Shown here in pieces: positions 28,672 to 39,198 of a stretch of DNA of 64,000 nucleotides. The position numbers were made by a program, and so were the translations under genes. The notes below the pieces were generated by a model, which saw only the letters and a list, made by a program, of their open reading frames with translations, made no database searches and was not told the origin of the DNA. Position 1 is the first letter of the stretch; each line of letters begins with the position of its first letter. This stretch comes from an uncultured Chloroflexia bacterium (GTDB taxonomy: Bacteria > Chloroflexota > Anaerolineae > JAAYZQ01): contig CAVOXA010000014.1 of NCBI GenBank assembly GCA_963700285.1, positions 960,001 to 1,024,000 of the forward strand. Direction: 5' to 3'.

Positions 28672-31311
28672 ATGCCAGTCCAACTTCAGATCAGCAGCTT
28701 TATGAGTGACCCGCTGGGTAGCCTCGTCTACCACCTTCTGCTGCTTCTGGTTGTGCAGGCTGGCCTGGCCATGGCCTGGGGGGAATGGCGGCGATCTCGG
28801 CAGGCACAAGCTCAGAGATTGCTGGCAGCCATGGCTGGAATCACTGTGGTGAACCTCGGCTACCTCGCTGCTGCCCTGGTCACTCGAGCCAATTTGATCG
28901 ATGCAGTGACCCTTCTCCCGCTCTATGAGCGGTTTGCCAATACGGTAAGTATCGCTTTCCTGGCCTGGGCCTTTGCCCCCCCGGTCAAGGTCAAGACAAG
29001 ATCCTGGAACCTGGCGCTCTGCGCCAACCTGGTCTTTGCCATCGGTGCTCTGGCAGTGTCTACCCTGCTCTGGCAACGAACCCTGATGAATACGCCCGCC
29101 CTGGACCTGAACACTTACTGGCTGTCGAACCTCTGGAGCGTCTGGCAAATAGCCCTGATCCTGCTGACCATCCTCGGCGTGGCAAGGAATCAGGAAGAAG
29201 GCTGGGGTACGATCATGCTGGCCATGATCGTTATGCTGGCGGGCCAGGTCCTGCAAATGGCCTTCCCGCAAGGGATAGCCAGACCCCATCTGTCTACCTG
29301 GATACGACTGGCTAACTTGGTCGCCTATCCACTCATAGCGGTTGCCATCTATCAGCGTACGGTAGCCGGACTCCGTGACCACAGCCGTCAGCTACAGAAC
29401 ATCAGCCAAGCCTCGCTGGAGCAGATAAAGAGTCTGTTGGTTCTTTCTGAAGCCAGCCGACGCATGTCCGCCTCCCTGGATCTCTTCGCCGTACTCGACA
29501 GCGCGGTACAAGGTGTAGCCCATGCCCTGGATGCAGATCTGTGCGCTATTGCTCTTTTGCTGGAGAATGATCCAAGCCAGATGCGTCTGGCGGCCATCTA
29601 TAACCCTGAGCATCCAAGGCGCGGCGAGCTGATCACCTTCCCCATCGAATACCAATTGGAGATTCAGCAAGCTATGCGTTGCAGGCAGCACGTGATCGTA
29701 GAAAAGTCGGACAATGTCCACCTCAGAGCACTTTTCGGCCTCCTGGGCTCCACCGAGACCGGGCCGCTCTTGGTTCAGCCGCTGCTTTCTGGGGGTGGAG
29801 CAATTGGAGCCATCATTGTCGGCAACGCCCGTTCATATCGCCCCTTCACCCCGAATGAAGCAAAGCTGTGCCACTCTATCGCGGCGCAACTCGAAAACGC
29901 TATCCAGAATGCCCGTTACTACCAGATTGCCCAGAAAAGCATCGAAGAACTGAAAAAGACCCAGAGTGAGGAGCATGGCTCGATTCAGATAGCCCTGGCA
30001 AGGATTCGGGAACTGACGGAGCTTCTGGCAACTTCCGAAACAGAGAGCGAAACCCTCCGTAAAGCACACAGTGACTTGGAGATCAAACTCCTGAGTAGCC
30101 GATCTGAGATCGACACGTTGACAAAACGATTGGCCGCATTGGAGGTCGATCTGGCCCGGCAGGAAGCAGAGTGGCAAGGCACCCTTCAAGCGATGCTGCC
30201 CGGCATGGCAGCAGGAGTTCTCGTGACCGATGCCCGTGGTGTGATCCGGGCAACGAACATGGCCGCTGAGATCCTGCTGGGGCGGGGAAGTGACGAACTG
30301 CAGGGCCTAGATCTCAGTACGATAAGCGCTGAAGGGGAATGGCAGCAGGCAGTCACGAGGGCCAATGGCGGTGAAGCAGTCCACTTGGGAATGCGGATTG
30401 GCAGCAATATGCTGACTTGTGACGTGGCTCCTCTGCCACAACCTGGCACGGATCAGGATGGCATGGAAGGGCTTGTCGCGATCCTGCAGAATATCTCGCC
30501 CGAGGTTGAGGCCCAGCAAGCCAGGTTTGAGACGATTGCCTTCATGGTCGAGGAAATGCGAACTCCAATGAGCACGGTGATCGGCTACGCCGACCTGCTC
30601 CTCAGCGAAGCGATGGGCGGTGTAGCCGGCGTGCAACGCAAATTCCTGGTGCGCATCAAGGCGGACGCGGAGCGGATGATTCAAGCCGTCAATGACCTCG
30701 CCAGGGAAGCCGGTGGTGAGGAACATGGGTCCCAACCGCAGCGGCAAACTGTACACGTGAATGATGCCATCGAGGAAGCACTGGCATCGGCGCGCGCCCA
30801 GTTCGACATCAAGGCACTCTCTGCGGATCTAGAGCTGGCCAATGACCTTCCGACCGTTGAGGCAGATCCTGACCACCTGCAGCGCATCCTGTCTGGCCTG
30901 CTCTCAAACGCCTGCATGGCGTCGCCAGTCGGAGGGCGGATCCTGGTACAGACCCAGCGCACGGATGGGGCTCCGGCTGACGGCCCCTTGGCCGAGAGCG
31001 CCCAAGGCTGTATCGCCGTATCCATCAAGGACCAGGGTGGAGGTCTGCCTGACGCAGTCCTGGGCCAGGTATTTGACCGGACCCGCCCCAGCCAAACGCC
31101 TCCTGGACTTGGTGAGTCTGGGGCAGGATTGACCCTGGTGAAGGCGCTAGTGGAAGCCCAGGGGGGGCATCTTTGGGTTGACAGCTCAGATAAAGTGAGC
31201 ACGACATTTAGCTTCATCCTACAAGTCGACGAAGCGACAGACCAGACTCTCATCGACCGCATTGCCGCCGAGCAGGACCAACTTGCCTCAATAGGCATCG
31301 TCGCAGGGTAG
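28672..31311 (+). CDS. Membrane sensor histidine-kinase-like protein (multi-TM, GAF, coiled coil, PAS, HisKA, HATPase) lacking the phospho-His
   Basis: N-terminal TM helices; GAF; PAS (GVLVTDARGVIRATN.AAE.LLG); H-box reads VEEMRTP; N-box LLSNAC; DQGGG; GAGL.LVK.LVEAQGG. Confidence 0.85.
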   Translation: MPVQLQISSFMSDPLGSLVYHLLLLLVVQAGLAMAWGEWRRSRQAQAQRLLAAMAGITVVNLGYLAAALVTRANLIDAVTLLPLYERFANTVSIAFLAWAFAPPVKVKTRSWNLALCANLVFAIGALAVSTLLWQRTLMNTPALDLNTYWLSNLWSVWQIALILLTILGVARNQEEGWGTIMLAMIVMLAGQVLQMAFPQGIARPHLSTWIRLANLVAYPLIAVAIYQRTVAGLRDHSRQLQNISQASLEQIKSLLVLSEASRRMSASLDLFAVLDSAVQGVAHALDADLCAIALLLENDPSQMRLAAIYNPEHPRRGELITFPIEYQLEIQQAMRCRQHVIVEKSDNVHLRALFGLLGSTETGPLLVQPLLSGGGAIGAIIVGNARSYRPFTPNEAKLCHSIAAQLENAIQNARYYQIAQKSIEELKKTQSEEHGSIQIALARIRELTELLATSETESETLRKAHSDLEIKLLSSRSEIDTLTKRLAALEVDLARQEAEWQGTLQAMLPGMAAGVLVTDARGVIRATNMAAEILLGRGSDELQGLDLSTISAEGEWQQAVTRANGGEAVHLGMRIGSNMLTCDVAPLPQPGTDQDGMEGLVAILQNISPEVEAQQARFETIAFMVEEMRTPMSTVIGYADLLLSEAMGGVAGVQRKFLVRIKADAERMIQAVNDLAREAGGEEHGSQPQRQTVHVNDAIEEALASARAQFDIKALSADLELANDLPTVEADPDHLQRILSGLLSNACMASPVGGRILVQTQRTDGAPADGPLAESAQGCIAVSIKDQGGGLPDAVLGQVFDRTRPSQTPPGLGESGAGLTLVKALVEAQGGHLWVDSSDKVSTTFSFILQVDEATDQTLIDRIAAEQDQLASIGIVAG

Positions 31312-31312
31312 A

Positions 31313-32128
31313 ATGAGTTCAAGATGGCAAGACGAGACAAAACAACCCACAGGGCCTGCTCGCCTCTTCGAAATCGCCAGGCCAGTCCTGATAGGATTGG
31401 TCGCGGCCAGTCTGGTCGTGCTCACACTGCTGGCCACGTGGCTCCTGGCAGCGCAGGAACAGACCCTTGTCTCTAGGACTGGGCCGGTGGCAACGGGTTC
31501 GCCCATTCTGCCAAGCGCTACCCTATTGGCACTCTCTGCTGCCAAGCTCCCAGACAACATGAACGCCCCGACGTTGAACTCAACCCCGACGGCCTTGCCC
31601 CCTACGGACCAGCCAGGCCCGTCACCCACAGCATCGCTTACAGCATCACCAGCACCATCGCCTACAGCCGCACCGCCCACCGCATCACCCACACTATCAC
31701 CTACGCCCAAACCCATACCAACCTTGTCACCATCGCCGTCTCCCGCCCCCACACTCCAGCCTGTAGAAACCAGCCAGCCCTCGCCTGACTCTGCAGCGCA
31801 ATGCAAGCCGCCCAGTAACTGGCACAAATATCGAGTGAAAAACAGCCAAACGGTCAAGTCTCTGGCAAACTACTTTGGTACCACTACATCCCAACTAAAA
31901 AAGGCCAATTGCCTGACCGGTACCTTTGTCCGCGCCGGAACCATCTTGTGGGTGCCCCGCAAGGTCACAGCCACAGCCAAAGCCCAAACCAGCGCAAAAA
32001 CTCAAGCCAGCCTCGATGCCTGTCCCCTATGGTGGAATGGAAGTATCGTGGGACCATCAGAGCTAGCTGGAGATACGCCACTGTCAAAAGCCTGTTCGCT
32101 CCTACGCCTGCCTTTGATGTCGAACTAG
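31313..32128 (+). CDS. Membrane-anchored LysM protein with Pro/Thr/Ser-rich linker
   Basis: Single TM, PTS-rich stalk, LysM-like YRVKNSQTVKSLA.YFGTT...LKKANCL...GTILWVP. Confidence 0.75.
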   Translation: MSSRWQDETKQPTGPARLFEIARPVLIGLVAASLVVLTLLATWLLAAQEQTLVSRTGPVATGSPILPSATLLALSAAKLPDNMNAPTLNSTPTALPPTDQPGPSPTASLTASPAPSPTAAPPTASPTLSPTPKPIPTLSPSPSPAPTLQPVETSQPSPDSAAQCKPPSNWHKYRVKNSQTVKSLANYFGTTTSQLKKANCLTGTFVRAGTILWVPRKVTATAKAQTSAKTQASLDACPLWWNGSIVGPSELAGDTPLSKACSLLRLPLMSN

Positions 32129-32231
32129 GCTCCTCCGCCGCTGTGTTGTGACTCTTCTCATGTCCATCTATTCTCTGCTAAACGTTGCATTCTACATCTT
32201 TTACCCGTTCATACCTGCCAAGAGAGCGCAT

Positions 32232-34433
32232 ATGACAATGAATCACACTGTGCGTCCAATCATGCGCGCAATTGGTACCTTGCTTGCGCTAGTCAGCCTG
32301 GCAATGAGTAGCTTCTGGACAGTTGCAGCCCAGGAGCCACAGGACGCGCACAGCCGGCCCAGCCAGGCGGCTTTTCGAGAAGAAACCTCCACTGTCGATA
32401 GCCAAGCTGGGCACAGAGCTGGCGAGGTAGTGGTGCAACTCAGAGAGCGCGTGACAGCAACCTCAACCCAAATCATGCTGGATCAGTACGACGCCACAGT
32501 GCAGCAGTCCGCAATTGCTGGTACTGCCCAATTGTGGCTGGTGCCGGAAGGTCAAGAACTCGTCACCATCGAGGATCTGAACGCTGATCCCCGTGTACAG
32601 TATGCCGAGCCGAACTATGTTTACCATGCCGCGGTCGTGCCCAACGATCCAAACCTCAGCAAGCAATGGGCGCACACCCTGATCAGGTCGTCCGCGGCCT
32701 GGGACATTGCCATCGGCAGCCGGAGCATGACCATCGCCATCATCGACTCTGGCATTGATGCCAATCATCCGGATCTCCAGGCCAGGATCGTGGGTGGCCA
32801 GGACATTGTGGATGGCGATGCTATCCCTCAAGACGACAACGGACATGGGACTCACGTCGCGGGCATAGCAGCGGCGGTAACCAACAACGCGATTGGTGTA
32901 GCAGGAACAGACTGGCAGGCACGGATCATGCCCGTGCGCGTGCTCGAAGCTGATGGAAGTGGGACAAATTGGGATATCGGGCAAGGCATACACTGGGCCT
33001 ATCAGAACGGAGCCAACGTACTCAACCTGAGCCTGAGTGGCCCAGACTACTCGCAACACATTCGGGATGCAGTCAACGCCGCCCACGCAGCGGGTAGTCT
33101 CGTCGTGGCAGCCATGGGCAATTGCCGGGCCTACAGCCCACCAGAATGTCCCGTCGCAAACCCCATCAGCTATCCTGCCGCCTATGGCCATACTATGGCC
33201 GTAGCCGCAACTACCATCTCGGATGGATATGCCTACTATTCTCAGTACGGCGATCACTGTGATGTCTCTGCGCCGGGCGGTGAAATTGGCTTCATCGGCG
33301 ACCCGCAAGGTATCCTCAGCACTCTGCCCACCGATTCCAATTTCTACCTCAAGACAACTTATGGCTATGAAAAGGACTACGACTACTTGCAGGGCACGTC
33401 CATGGCAACCGCCTACGTCGCGGGGTTGGCGACCCTCATCTGGACTGTGGATCCCAACCTTACGGCCGACCAGGTACAAAACGCTATCCAGAATTCTGCC
33501 GATGACTTGGGCAACCCAGGCCGAGACAGGGACTTTGGCTATGGCCGCATCAACGCGCAAGCGGCGCTGCAAGCCATGGCCCCCCCAAAAGCGCCAGCGC
33601 TCTCGCCTATTCAGCAGGGATGGTCCGGCGAATACCAGCTCGATTGGAATGACGTGCCAGGCGCCAGCATGTACACGCTGCAGGAAGACGACAGCGCAGC
33701 CTTCCCATCGCCGGTCGTACGCTACAATGGAACCAAAAGCAACTATCAGGTTTCCAGTCAGGATGGAGGCCCCTGGTACTACCGTGTCCTCGCCTCCAAC
33801 GCAGTTGGTGACAGTCCCTGGAGCAATACTCAATGGGTCCTCGTCATCCCAAAGGCGACCATCCTGGCGCCTATCGATAATCCCGGCAACAAAGATGCAT
33901 ATGAAGTCAGTTGGGCGCCCTCAGCGGGTGCAATTGGCTACAAGCTTGTAGAGTCGCCATTGTCCACGGGTGGAAGTGATGTCACCCGCTACGTCGGGGC
34001 TGAGACCCATTTCAAGATCACCGGTCAGCCAGGAGGCACCTGGCGCTACTTTGTCCTTCCCTACAACTCGGCAGGAGATGGCCTTTGGAGCAACACTGTG
34101 ACTACGACCGTAGATCCTGCTGCACTGCCGCCACCCGAGCTACTCGCCATTGACAATGCTGACGGCGACGGGTACTATGTCGTTGAGTGGAACAAAGTCC
34201 AGGACGCAACGAGCTACATATTGGAAGAGAGTCCCAGCCAGTACTTTGACCACCCAACGGAGGTCTATGCAGGGACAGGCCGAAAGTATGTAGCGACCAG
34301 CCAACCTGGAGGCTCCTGGCACTACCGCGTGCGGGCATCCAAGTCGGCCGGGAAAAGCCCTTGGAGCCAACGGCAATCGGTAAGCGTCAAAACCTTGCTC
34401 TACCTGCCAATGGCAGTGAGGACCGTAAAGTAG
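32232..34433 (+). CDS. Secreted S8 (subtilisin/thermitase-like) serine peptidase with three FN3-like repeats
   Basis: Signal peptide, prodomain YAEPNY, catalytic triad IIDSG / HGTHVAG / GTSMA; C-terminal W...Y.L.E...W.YRV.A repeats. Confidence 0.92.
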   Translation: MTMNHTVRPIMRAIGTLLALVSLAMSSFWTVAAQEPQDAHSRPSQAAFREETSTVDSQAGHRAGEVVVQLRERVTATSTQIMLDQYDATVQQSAIAGTAQLWLVPEGQELVTIEDLNADPRVQYAEPNYVYHAAVVPNDPNLSKQWAHTLIRSSAAWDIAIGSRSMTIAIIDSGIDANHPDLQARIVGGQDIVDGDAIPQDDNGHGTHVAGIAAAVTNNAIGVAGTDWQARIMPVRVLEADGSGTNWDIGQGIHWAYQNGANVLNLSLSGPDYSQHIRDAVNAAHAAGSLVVAAMGNCRAYSPPECPVANPISYPAAYGHTMAVAATTISDGYAYYSQYGDHCDVSAPGGEIGFIGDPQGILSTLPTDSNFYLKTTYGYEKDYDYLQGTSMATAYVAGLATLIWTVDPNLTADQVQNAIQNSADDLGNPGRDRDFGYGRINAQAALQAMAPPKAPALSPIQQGWSGEYQLDWNDVPGASMYTLQEDDSAAFPSPVVRYNGTKSNYQVSSQDGGPWYYRVLASNAVGDSPWSNTQWVLVIPKATILAPIDNPGNKDAYEVSWAPSAGAIGYKLVESPLSTGGSDVTRYVGAETHFKITGQPGGTWRYFVLPYNSAGDGLWSNTVTTTVDPAALPPPELLAIDNADGDGYYVVEWNKVQDATSYILEESPSQYFDHPTEVYAGTGRKYVATSQPGGSWHYRVRASKSAGKSPWSQRQSVSVKTLLYLPMAVRTVK

Positions 34434-34440
34434 CGTGGAA

Positions 34441-36567
34441 ATGAAACGCGCCACACGGCTCTCCTTACTCGCGTTAACCATGCTGCTCCCCCTGGCCACA
34501 GGTTGCAGTTTCACCGGAGACCTACCGCTGCCAGTGGAAATCGCGCTGCCCACCTTGAGCCCTGTACCATCTCCGAGTCTGCCGCCGGCGGACGAGGTAG
34601 CCCTGGCCTTTCTCCAGGCATGGGAACGTGATGATTATCCCGCAATGTACAGTCTGCTCTCTCCAGACTCTCAACGAGCCTATGCAGAGGATTTCTTTGT
34701 CTCAACCTATCACCAAGTTACCAAAGAGGCGACGATCACAACCAAGGCAACGCGTATTCTAGCCGCCTACCAGCCAGATAACCATGCCCAAGTTTCTTTT
34801 GCTGTCGATTTCCAGACAGATCAGGTTGGGAGTTTTGGCATAGAAAACCTGATGGACCTGAGTCTCGTACAGGGCCGCTGGGGAGTGAACTGGTCACCGG
34901 CTCTGATCTTACCCCAATTGAGTGATGGTACCTGGGTTCGCATGACAACACAGATTCCAGCGCGGGGCAACATTTACGACCGCTCTGGCCTTGGGTTGGC
35001 AGTACAGGGCCAGATTGTTGAGATCGGCGTGGTTCCTGGTCAGATACAGGATGAGACTGCAGTATTGGCACAATTGAGTGAGGTCCTGGGGGTAGATCAA
35101 GCCGAACTCCGGGCCCGTTATGCTGATGTCAAGCCAGATTGGTTTGTTCCGCTGGGCCGGGTCAGTACTGAGGTAGGAAAGCGCTACTATGCGAACCTTA
35201 GTTCCACACCGGGCATTGAGATACGTGAAGCTTGGATGCGATCCTATCGCCCGGAACTCATTGCCCCCCACTTGGTAGGGGTCATCGGCCCGATCCCCAT
35301 GGAAGAAGCCGAGCTGTGGCACGAACAGGGGTACGGCCGCGATGAGATGGTAGGCTGGATGGGCCTGGAGCGATGGGGCGAACCCTACCTGTCCGGCGAA
35401 CGGGGCCGGCGCCTGGAGGTCGTTTCTGCGCAAGGAGAGCAGATTGCTGTCCTGGCCGACAAGCCACCCTCAGAGAGCAGCAACCTCTACACCACCTTTG
35501 ACCGCGAGTTTCAACAGCAGGTCCAAGAGATTCTGGGACAGCGGACAGGCTCCATCGCCGTATTGGAAGCGGCGACGGGCCGCGTGCTGGCTCTTGCCAC
35601 TTATCCTACGTTTGACTCCAATCAATTCTCCGGAGGAATCAGCGAGCAGGAATGGCTTCAATTGGAGGATGATCCCCTTCACCCACTGCTCAACCGGGCC
35701 ACACAAGGGTCCTACCCAGCCGGGAGCGTGTTCAAGATCATTACGATGGCATCTGCAATGGAGGCAGCGGACCTATCAGCAGACAGTACCTTTGACTGTG
35801 ATGGCGTTTGGAATGGACTGGGGCCAGAACTACCAAAGACATGTTGGCTCAGCAGTGGTCACGGGCAGATCTCTTTGGCCCAAGCACTGATCGTTTCGTG
35901 CGATATCACGTTCTATCAAGTGGGGCTGCTACTCAATGAGCTAGATCCAGGGCTCCTGCCCGACTATGCTCGTCGTTTTGGGTTCGGCTCACGGACAGGC
36001 ATTGAGGTGGAGGAGAACGCAGGGATGGTGCCGGACCCAATATGGAAGATGCAGGCCAAGGGCGAGGGCTGGGCGCCCGGGGATGCCGTAAATCTGGCCA
36101 TTGGCCAGAGTGAGCTACTGGTCACCCCCTTACAGATCGCTGCGGCGTTGGCTGCAGTGGGAAATGGTGGCACGCTTTATCGCCCGAGCCTGGTGGAATC
36201 GATCTCAGCCGATCCAGAAAAGCCGGACTGGATCTTTGAGCCGACGGCCGTGGGACAGATTCCGGTCAGCCCAGAGAACCTGGCTGTGATCCAAAAGAGT
36301 CTGTACAAAGCAACTTCCACTGCTCAAGGCACGGCAGTTGAAGCATTCAAGGGGCTCGAGATGGAAGTAGCGGGCAAGACAGGCACAGCAGAGAGCGGGC
36401 AGTACAATCCTCATGCCTGGTTCGCAGGTTATGCTCCAGCTCAATCCCCAGAGATAGCCATCGCTGTAGTCATAGAGCACTCAGGACTAGGCGGTGAAGA
36501 GGCGGCCCCACTCTTCCGGCAGGTGCTCGAAGCCTACTTTGAGCGTGACCCTGGCCCAGGGCCTTGA
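34441..36567 (+). CDS. mrdA: Class B penicillin-binding protein (PBP2/MrdA-like, MecA-type NTF2 N-terminal domain), lipoprotein
   Basis: LATGC lipobox; RGNIYDR, GLE; SxxK (GSVFK), SCD, GKTGTAE, HAWFAGYAP. Confidence 0.88.
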   Translation: MKRATRLSLLALTMLLPLATGCSFTGDLPLPVEIALPTLSPVPSPSLPPADEVALAFLQAWERDDYPAMYSLLSPDSQRAYAEDFFVSTYHQVTKEATITTKATRILAAYQPDNHAQVSFAVDFQTDQVGSFGIENLMDLSLVQGRWGVNWSPALILPQLSDGTWVRMTTQIPARGNIYDRSGLGLAVQGQIVEIGVVPGQIQDETAVLAQLSEVLGVDQAELRARYADVKPDWFVPLGRVSTEVGKRYYANLSSTPGIEIREAWMRSYRPELIAPHLVGVIGPIPMEEAELWHEQGYGRDEMVGWMGLERWGEPYLSGERGRRLEVVSAQGEQIAVLADKPPSESSNLYTTFDREFQQQVQEILGQRTGSIAVLEAATGRVLALATYPTFDSNQFSGGISEQEWLQLEDDPLHPLLNRATQGSYPAGSVFKIITMASAMEAADLSADSTFDCDGVWNGLGPELPKTCWLSSGHGQISLAQALIVSCDITFYQVGLLLNELDPGLLPDYARRFGFGSRTGIEVEENAGMVPDPIWKMQAKGEGWAPGDAVNLAIGQSELLVTPLQIAAALAAVGNGGTLYRPSLVESISADPEKPDWIFEPTAVGQIPVSPENLAVIQKSLYKATSTAQGTAVEAFKGLEMEVAGKTGTAESGQYNPHAWFAGYAPAQSPEIAIAVVIEHSGLGGEEAAPLFRQVLEAYFERDPGPGP

Positions 36568-36663
36568 GGTTCTCCTACATTTCCCCATTGCCTCCCTCTC
36601 AAAAGCAATTGCAGCTTGAGAACAAGCTGTGGTACAATGGGCCGGTTCTCCACTAGGAGTTGT

Positions 36664-37596
36664 ATGATGACGCTGGCTTGTGCATCGGGCAAGGTTATCC
36701 TCTTTGGTGAGCATGCGGTGGTCTATGGCCAGCCGGCAATCGCCGTACCGGTAACTGAGACGCAGGCCCAAGCTCGGATCGAACCGGGCGTCCCAGGACA
36801 GGGCATGGTCGTTGTCGCGCCGGATCTCAACCACAACATCGTTGTACGAAAGGCGCCCGAGGATGATCCCCTCGCCCATATCGTCCGGCAGGCCCTGGCC
36901 GCCATCGGTCAGGACAAAGATCCTGACCTGACAGTCACCATCACCTCCACAATACCCATTGCCCGGGGCATGGGTAGTGGGGCAGCCGTGTCCACAGCCA
37001 TCGTCCGCGCTCTAGGCCAGCACTTTGCCCGTTGGTTTTCGTCACAAGCCATTTCGGATCTGGTTTATGAAACAGAAAAGATCTATCATGGCACTCCTTC
37101 TGGCATAGATAACACGGTGGTTGCCTTCGAAAAGCCAGTCTATTTTGTCAAAGACATGGTTCGCGAGGTCTTTTGGGTTGGACAGCCTTTCCTGCTGGCC
37201 ATCGCTGATACGGGAATAGAGAGCCCCACCAGGAAGGTGGTTGGGCATCTCAGACAGCGCTACGAGGCCGAGCCTGACCGCTACGACCCGCTTTTCCTGC
37301 GTGTGGGGCAGATTGCGACTGAGGCCCGTTCAGACATCGAACAGGGCAAGCCAGAGGCCATCGGCCAGTTGATGGACGAAAATCATGCTTTGCTCCAAGA
37401 GATAGGCGTTAGCTGCCCAGAACTGGACCGGCTGGCGCTCGCTGCACGAGAAGGCGGTGCGCTTGGGGCCAAGCTCTCAGGAGCAGGCTGGGGCGGCAAC
37501 TTGATCGCATTGATTACGAAGGCCAAACGGGGGCGGGTAGACATGATGCTGCGTCTGGCCGGCGCGACAAACATCATCGTCACCGAGGTACAATGA
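36664..37596 (+). CDS. mvk: Mevalonate kinase
   Basis: GKVILFGEHAVVYG, PIARGMGSGAA, HGTPSGIDN, GAKLSGAGWGG. Confidence 0.95.
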   Translation: MMTLACASGKVILFGEHAVVYGQPAIAVPVTETQAQARIEPGVPGQGMVVVAPDLNHNIVVRKAPEDDPLAHIVRQALAAIGQDKDPDLTVTITSTIPIARGMGSGAAVSTAIVRALGQHFARWFSSQAISDLVYETEKIYHGTPSGIDNTVVAFEKPVYFVKDMVREVFWVGQPFLLAIADTGIESPTRKVVGHLRQRYEAEPDRYDPLFLRVGQIATEARSDIEQGKPEAIGQLMDENHALLQEIGVSCPELDRLALAAREGGALGAKLSGAGWGGNLIALITKAKRGRVDMMLRLAGATNIIVTEVQ

Positions 37597-37740
37597 TGGC
37601 AAAGCCGTGCATCAGCAAGTCTTCAGGTCTTCCAGCCCTTGATGAACTCAGGGCCGGTTGCGAGTAAGGCGCCCGTCCCAAGCATAGCCAGAGGGACCCC
37701 CGTCGATACGGGGAAAGCAGCGGGCTGCAGGAGGTGATCC

Positions 37741-38469
37741 ATGCGCATAGATGGGCGAAAATGGGATGAAATCCGCCCGGTACGCATCATAACCGATTAT
37801 GTAGACTACCCTGATGGCTCGGCCCTGATCGAGATGGGAAAGACTCGGGTACTGTGCAGTGCCACGATCGAGGCATCTGTACCCTCCTGGCGGCAGGGCA
37901 GCGGCGCGGGCTGGCTGACAGCCGAATACGCACTCTTGCCCTGCTCAACGCATCAACGCAGGAAACGGGAAACAAGTGGGCTGGGCGGGCGAGCACAAGA
38001 GATCCGGCGGTTGATCGGCCGCAGCCTGCGCACTGCGGTCGATCTTGAGAAGCTTGGAGAGCGAACCATCATCCTGGACTGCGACGTGATCCAGGCAGAC
38101 GGTGGTACGCGTACAGCCGCCATCACAGGCGCCTACGTGGCCCTGGCTCTGGCCCTGAAACGGATGGAGGACAATGGGGAAACCTCTCAGGACGTTTTGC
38201 TGACATCAGTGGCCGCCACCAGCCTGGGCCCGGTCGAGGGCCAGTTGTTGCTGGATCTGTGCTACAGCGAGGATTCTGCTGCAAGCTCTGATTTCAACAT
38301 TGTCATGACTGGCTATGGCGACTTTATAGAGGTCCAGGGTACAGCAGAGGGTGAGCCCTATGGGCGGCAGTTTCTAGAGGAGGTGCTTGACCTGGCCGAA
38401 TCAGGCATCAGGCAGCTATTGGCCATCCAGGCCCAAGTGCTGACAGACACCCTGGAGGCACGCCCTTGA
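37741..38469 (+). CDS. rph: Ribonuclease PH
   Basis: GWLTAEY, EIRRLIGRSLR, DCDVIQADGGTRTAAITG, EVQGTAEG. Confidence 0.97.
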   Translation: MRIDGRKWDEIRPVRIITDYVDYPDGSALIEMGKTRVLCSATIEASVPSWRQGSGAGWLTAEYALLPCSTHQRRKRETSGLGGRAQEIRRLIGRSLRTAVDLEKLGERTIILDCDVIQADGGTRTAAITGAYVALALALKRMEDNGETSQDVLLTSVAATSLGPVEGQLLLDLCYSEDSAASSDFNIVMTGYGDFIEVQGTAEGEPYGRQFLEEVLDLAESGIRQLLAIQAQVLTDTLEARP

Positions 38470-39173
38470 AAAGGGCCGCATTGTGCCTTGCCCTCGCGCT
38501 TCTCGCCGCCGCTACGCTCTGTGTTTTAGCCTCACTGGCGCTACGAGCCTGGGTGATACAACGGCAGAAAGATCAGATCTACCTCCATGTCGGCGATGCG
38601 CCAGCCACGCCCGTGGCCATCGTATTTGGTGCCGGATACTGGCCTGGCGGACGGCTGAGCAACGCCTTGGCCGACCGCATGGAGACAGCCATCAGTCTCT
38701 ATCAGGCGGGCAGGGTCAACAAACTACTGCTGACGGGTGACAACCGGTTTGTGAACTATAACGAACCGGCGGTGATGGCAGACTATGCGCTGGATCGAGG
38801 CATTCCATCTAAAGACCTGGTATTGGACTATGCCGGACGGCGTACCTACGATAGCTGCTACCGGGCCGATGCGATCTTTGGCATAAAAAAGGCGACGCTG
38901 GTCACCCAGGCATTTCACCTGCCCAGGGCCCTGTACACCTGCGAGCGTTTGGGGCTAGAGGCGGTGGGTGTGGTGGCTGACCAGCGTACCTATCAACGCG
39001 CCACCTGGTTCAGCCTGCGGGAGGTACTGGCCCTGGTGCGCGCCTGGTTCGATCTGAACCTGCTCCAGCCACTTCCGGTATTGGGTGACCCGATTCCCAT
39101 AGACTGGGACAATCGCGCAGGTGCTGCAGAGCCACAGCCAAAAACCAGCACGGCATTAAGCACGTACGGTTAG
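38466..39173 (+). CDS. SanA/YdcF (DUF218) family protein
   Basis: N-terminal TM; AIVFGAG, TGDN..YNEP.VM, DYAGRRTYDSC, VTQAFHLPRA, REV. Confidence 0.92.
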   Translation: MKRAALCLALALLAAATLCVLASLALRAWVIQRQKDQIYLHVGDAPATPVAIVFGAGYWPGGRLSNALADRMETAISLYQAGRVNKLLLTGDNRFVNYNEPAVMADYALDRGIPSKDLVLDYAGRRTYDSCYRADAIFGIKKATLVTQAFHLPRALYTCERLGLEAVGVVADQRTYQRATWFSLREVLALVRAWFDLNLLQPLPVLGDPIPIDWDNRAGAAEPQPKTSTALSTYG

Positions 39174-39198
39174 TGTAATCCATTGAGGAGCAAAGACC

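Noticed and set aside
31560-31800. Low-complexity C/A-rich DNA as a repeat element (also about 120-360)
   Set aside because: It simply encodes Pro/Thr/Ser-rich protein linkers.
36664-37596. Mevalonate kinase in a bacterium as a novelty or recent transfer
   Set aside because: Mevalonate pathway genes are already known in Chloroflexota; there is no compositional anomaly or mobility gene nearby.
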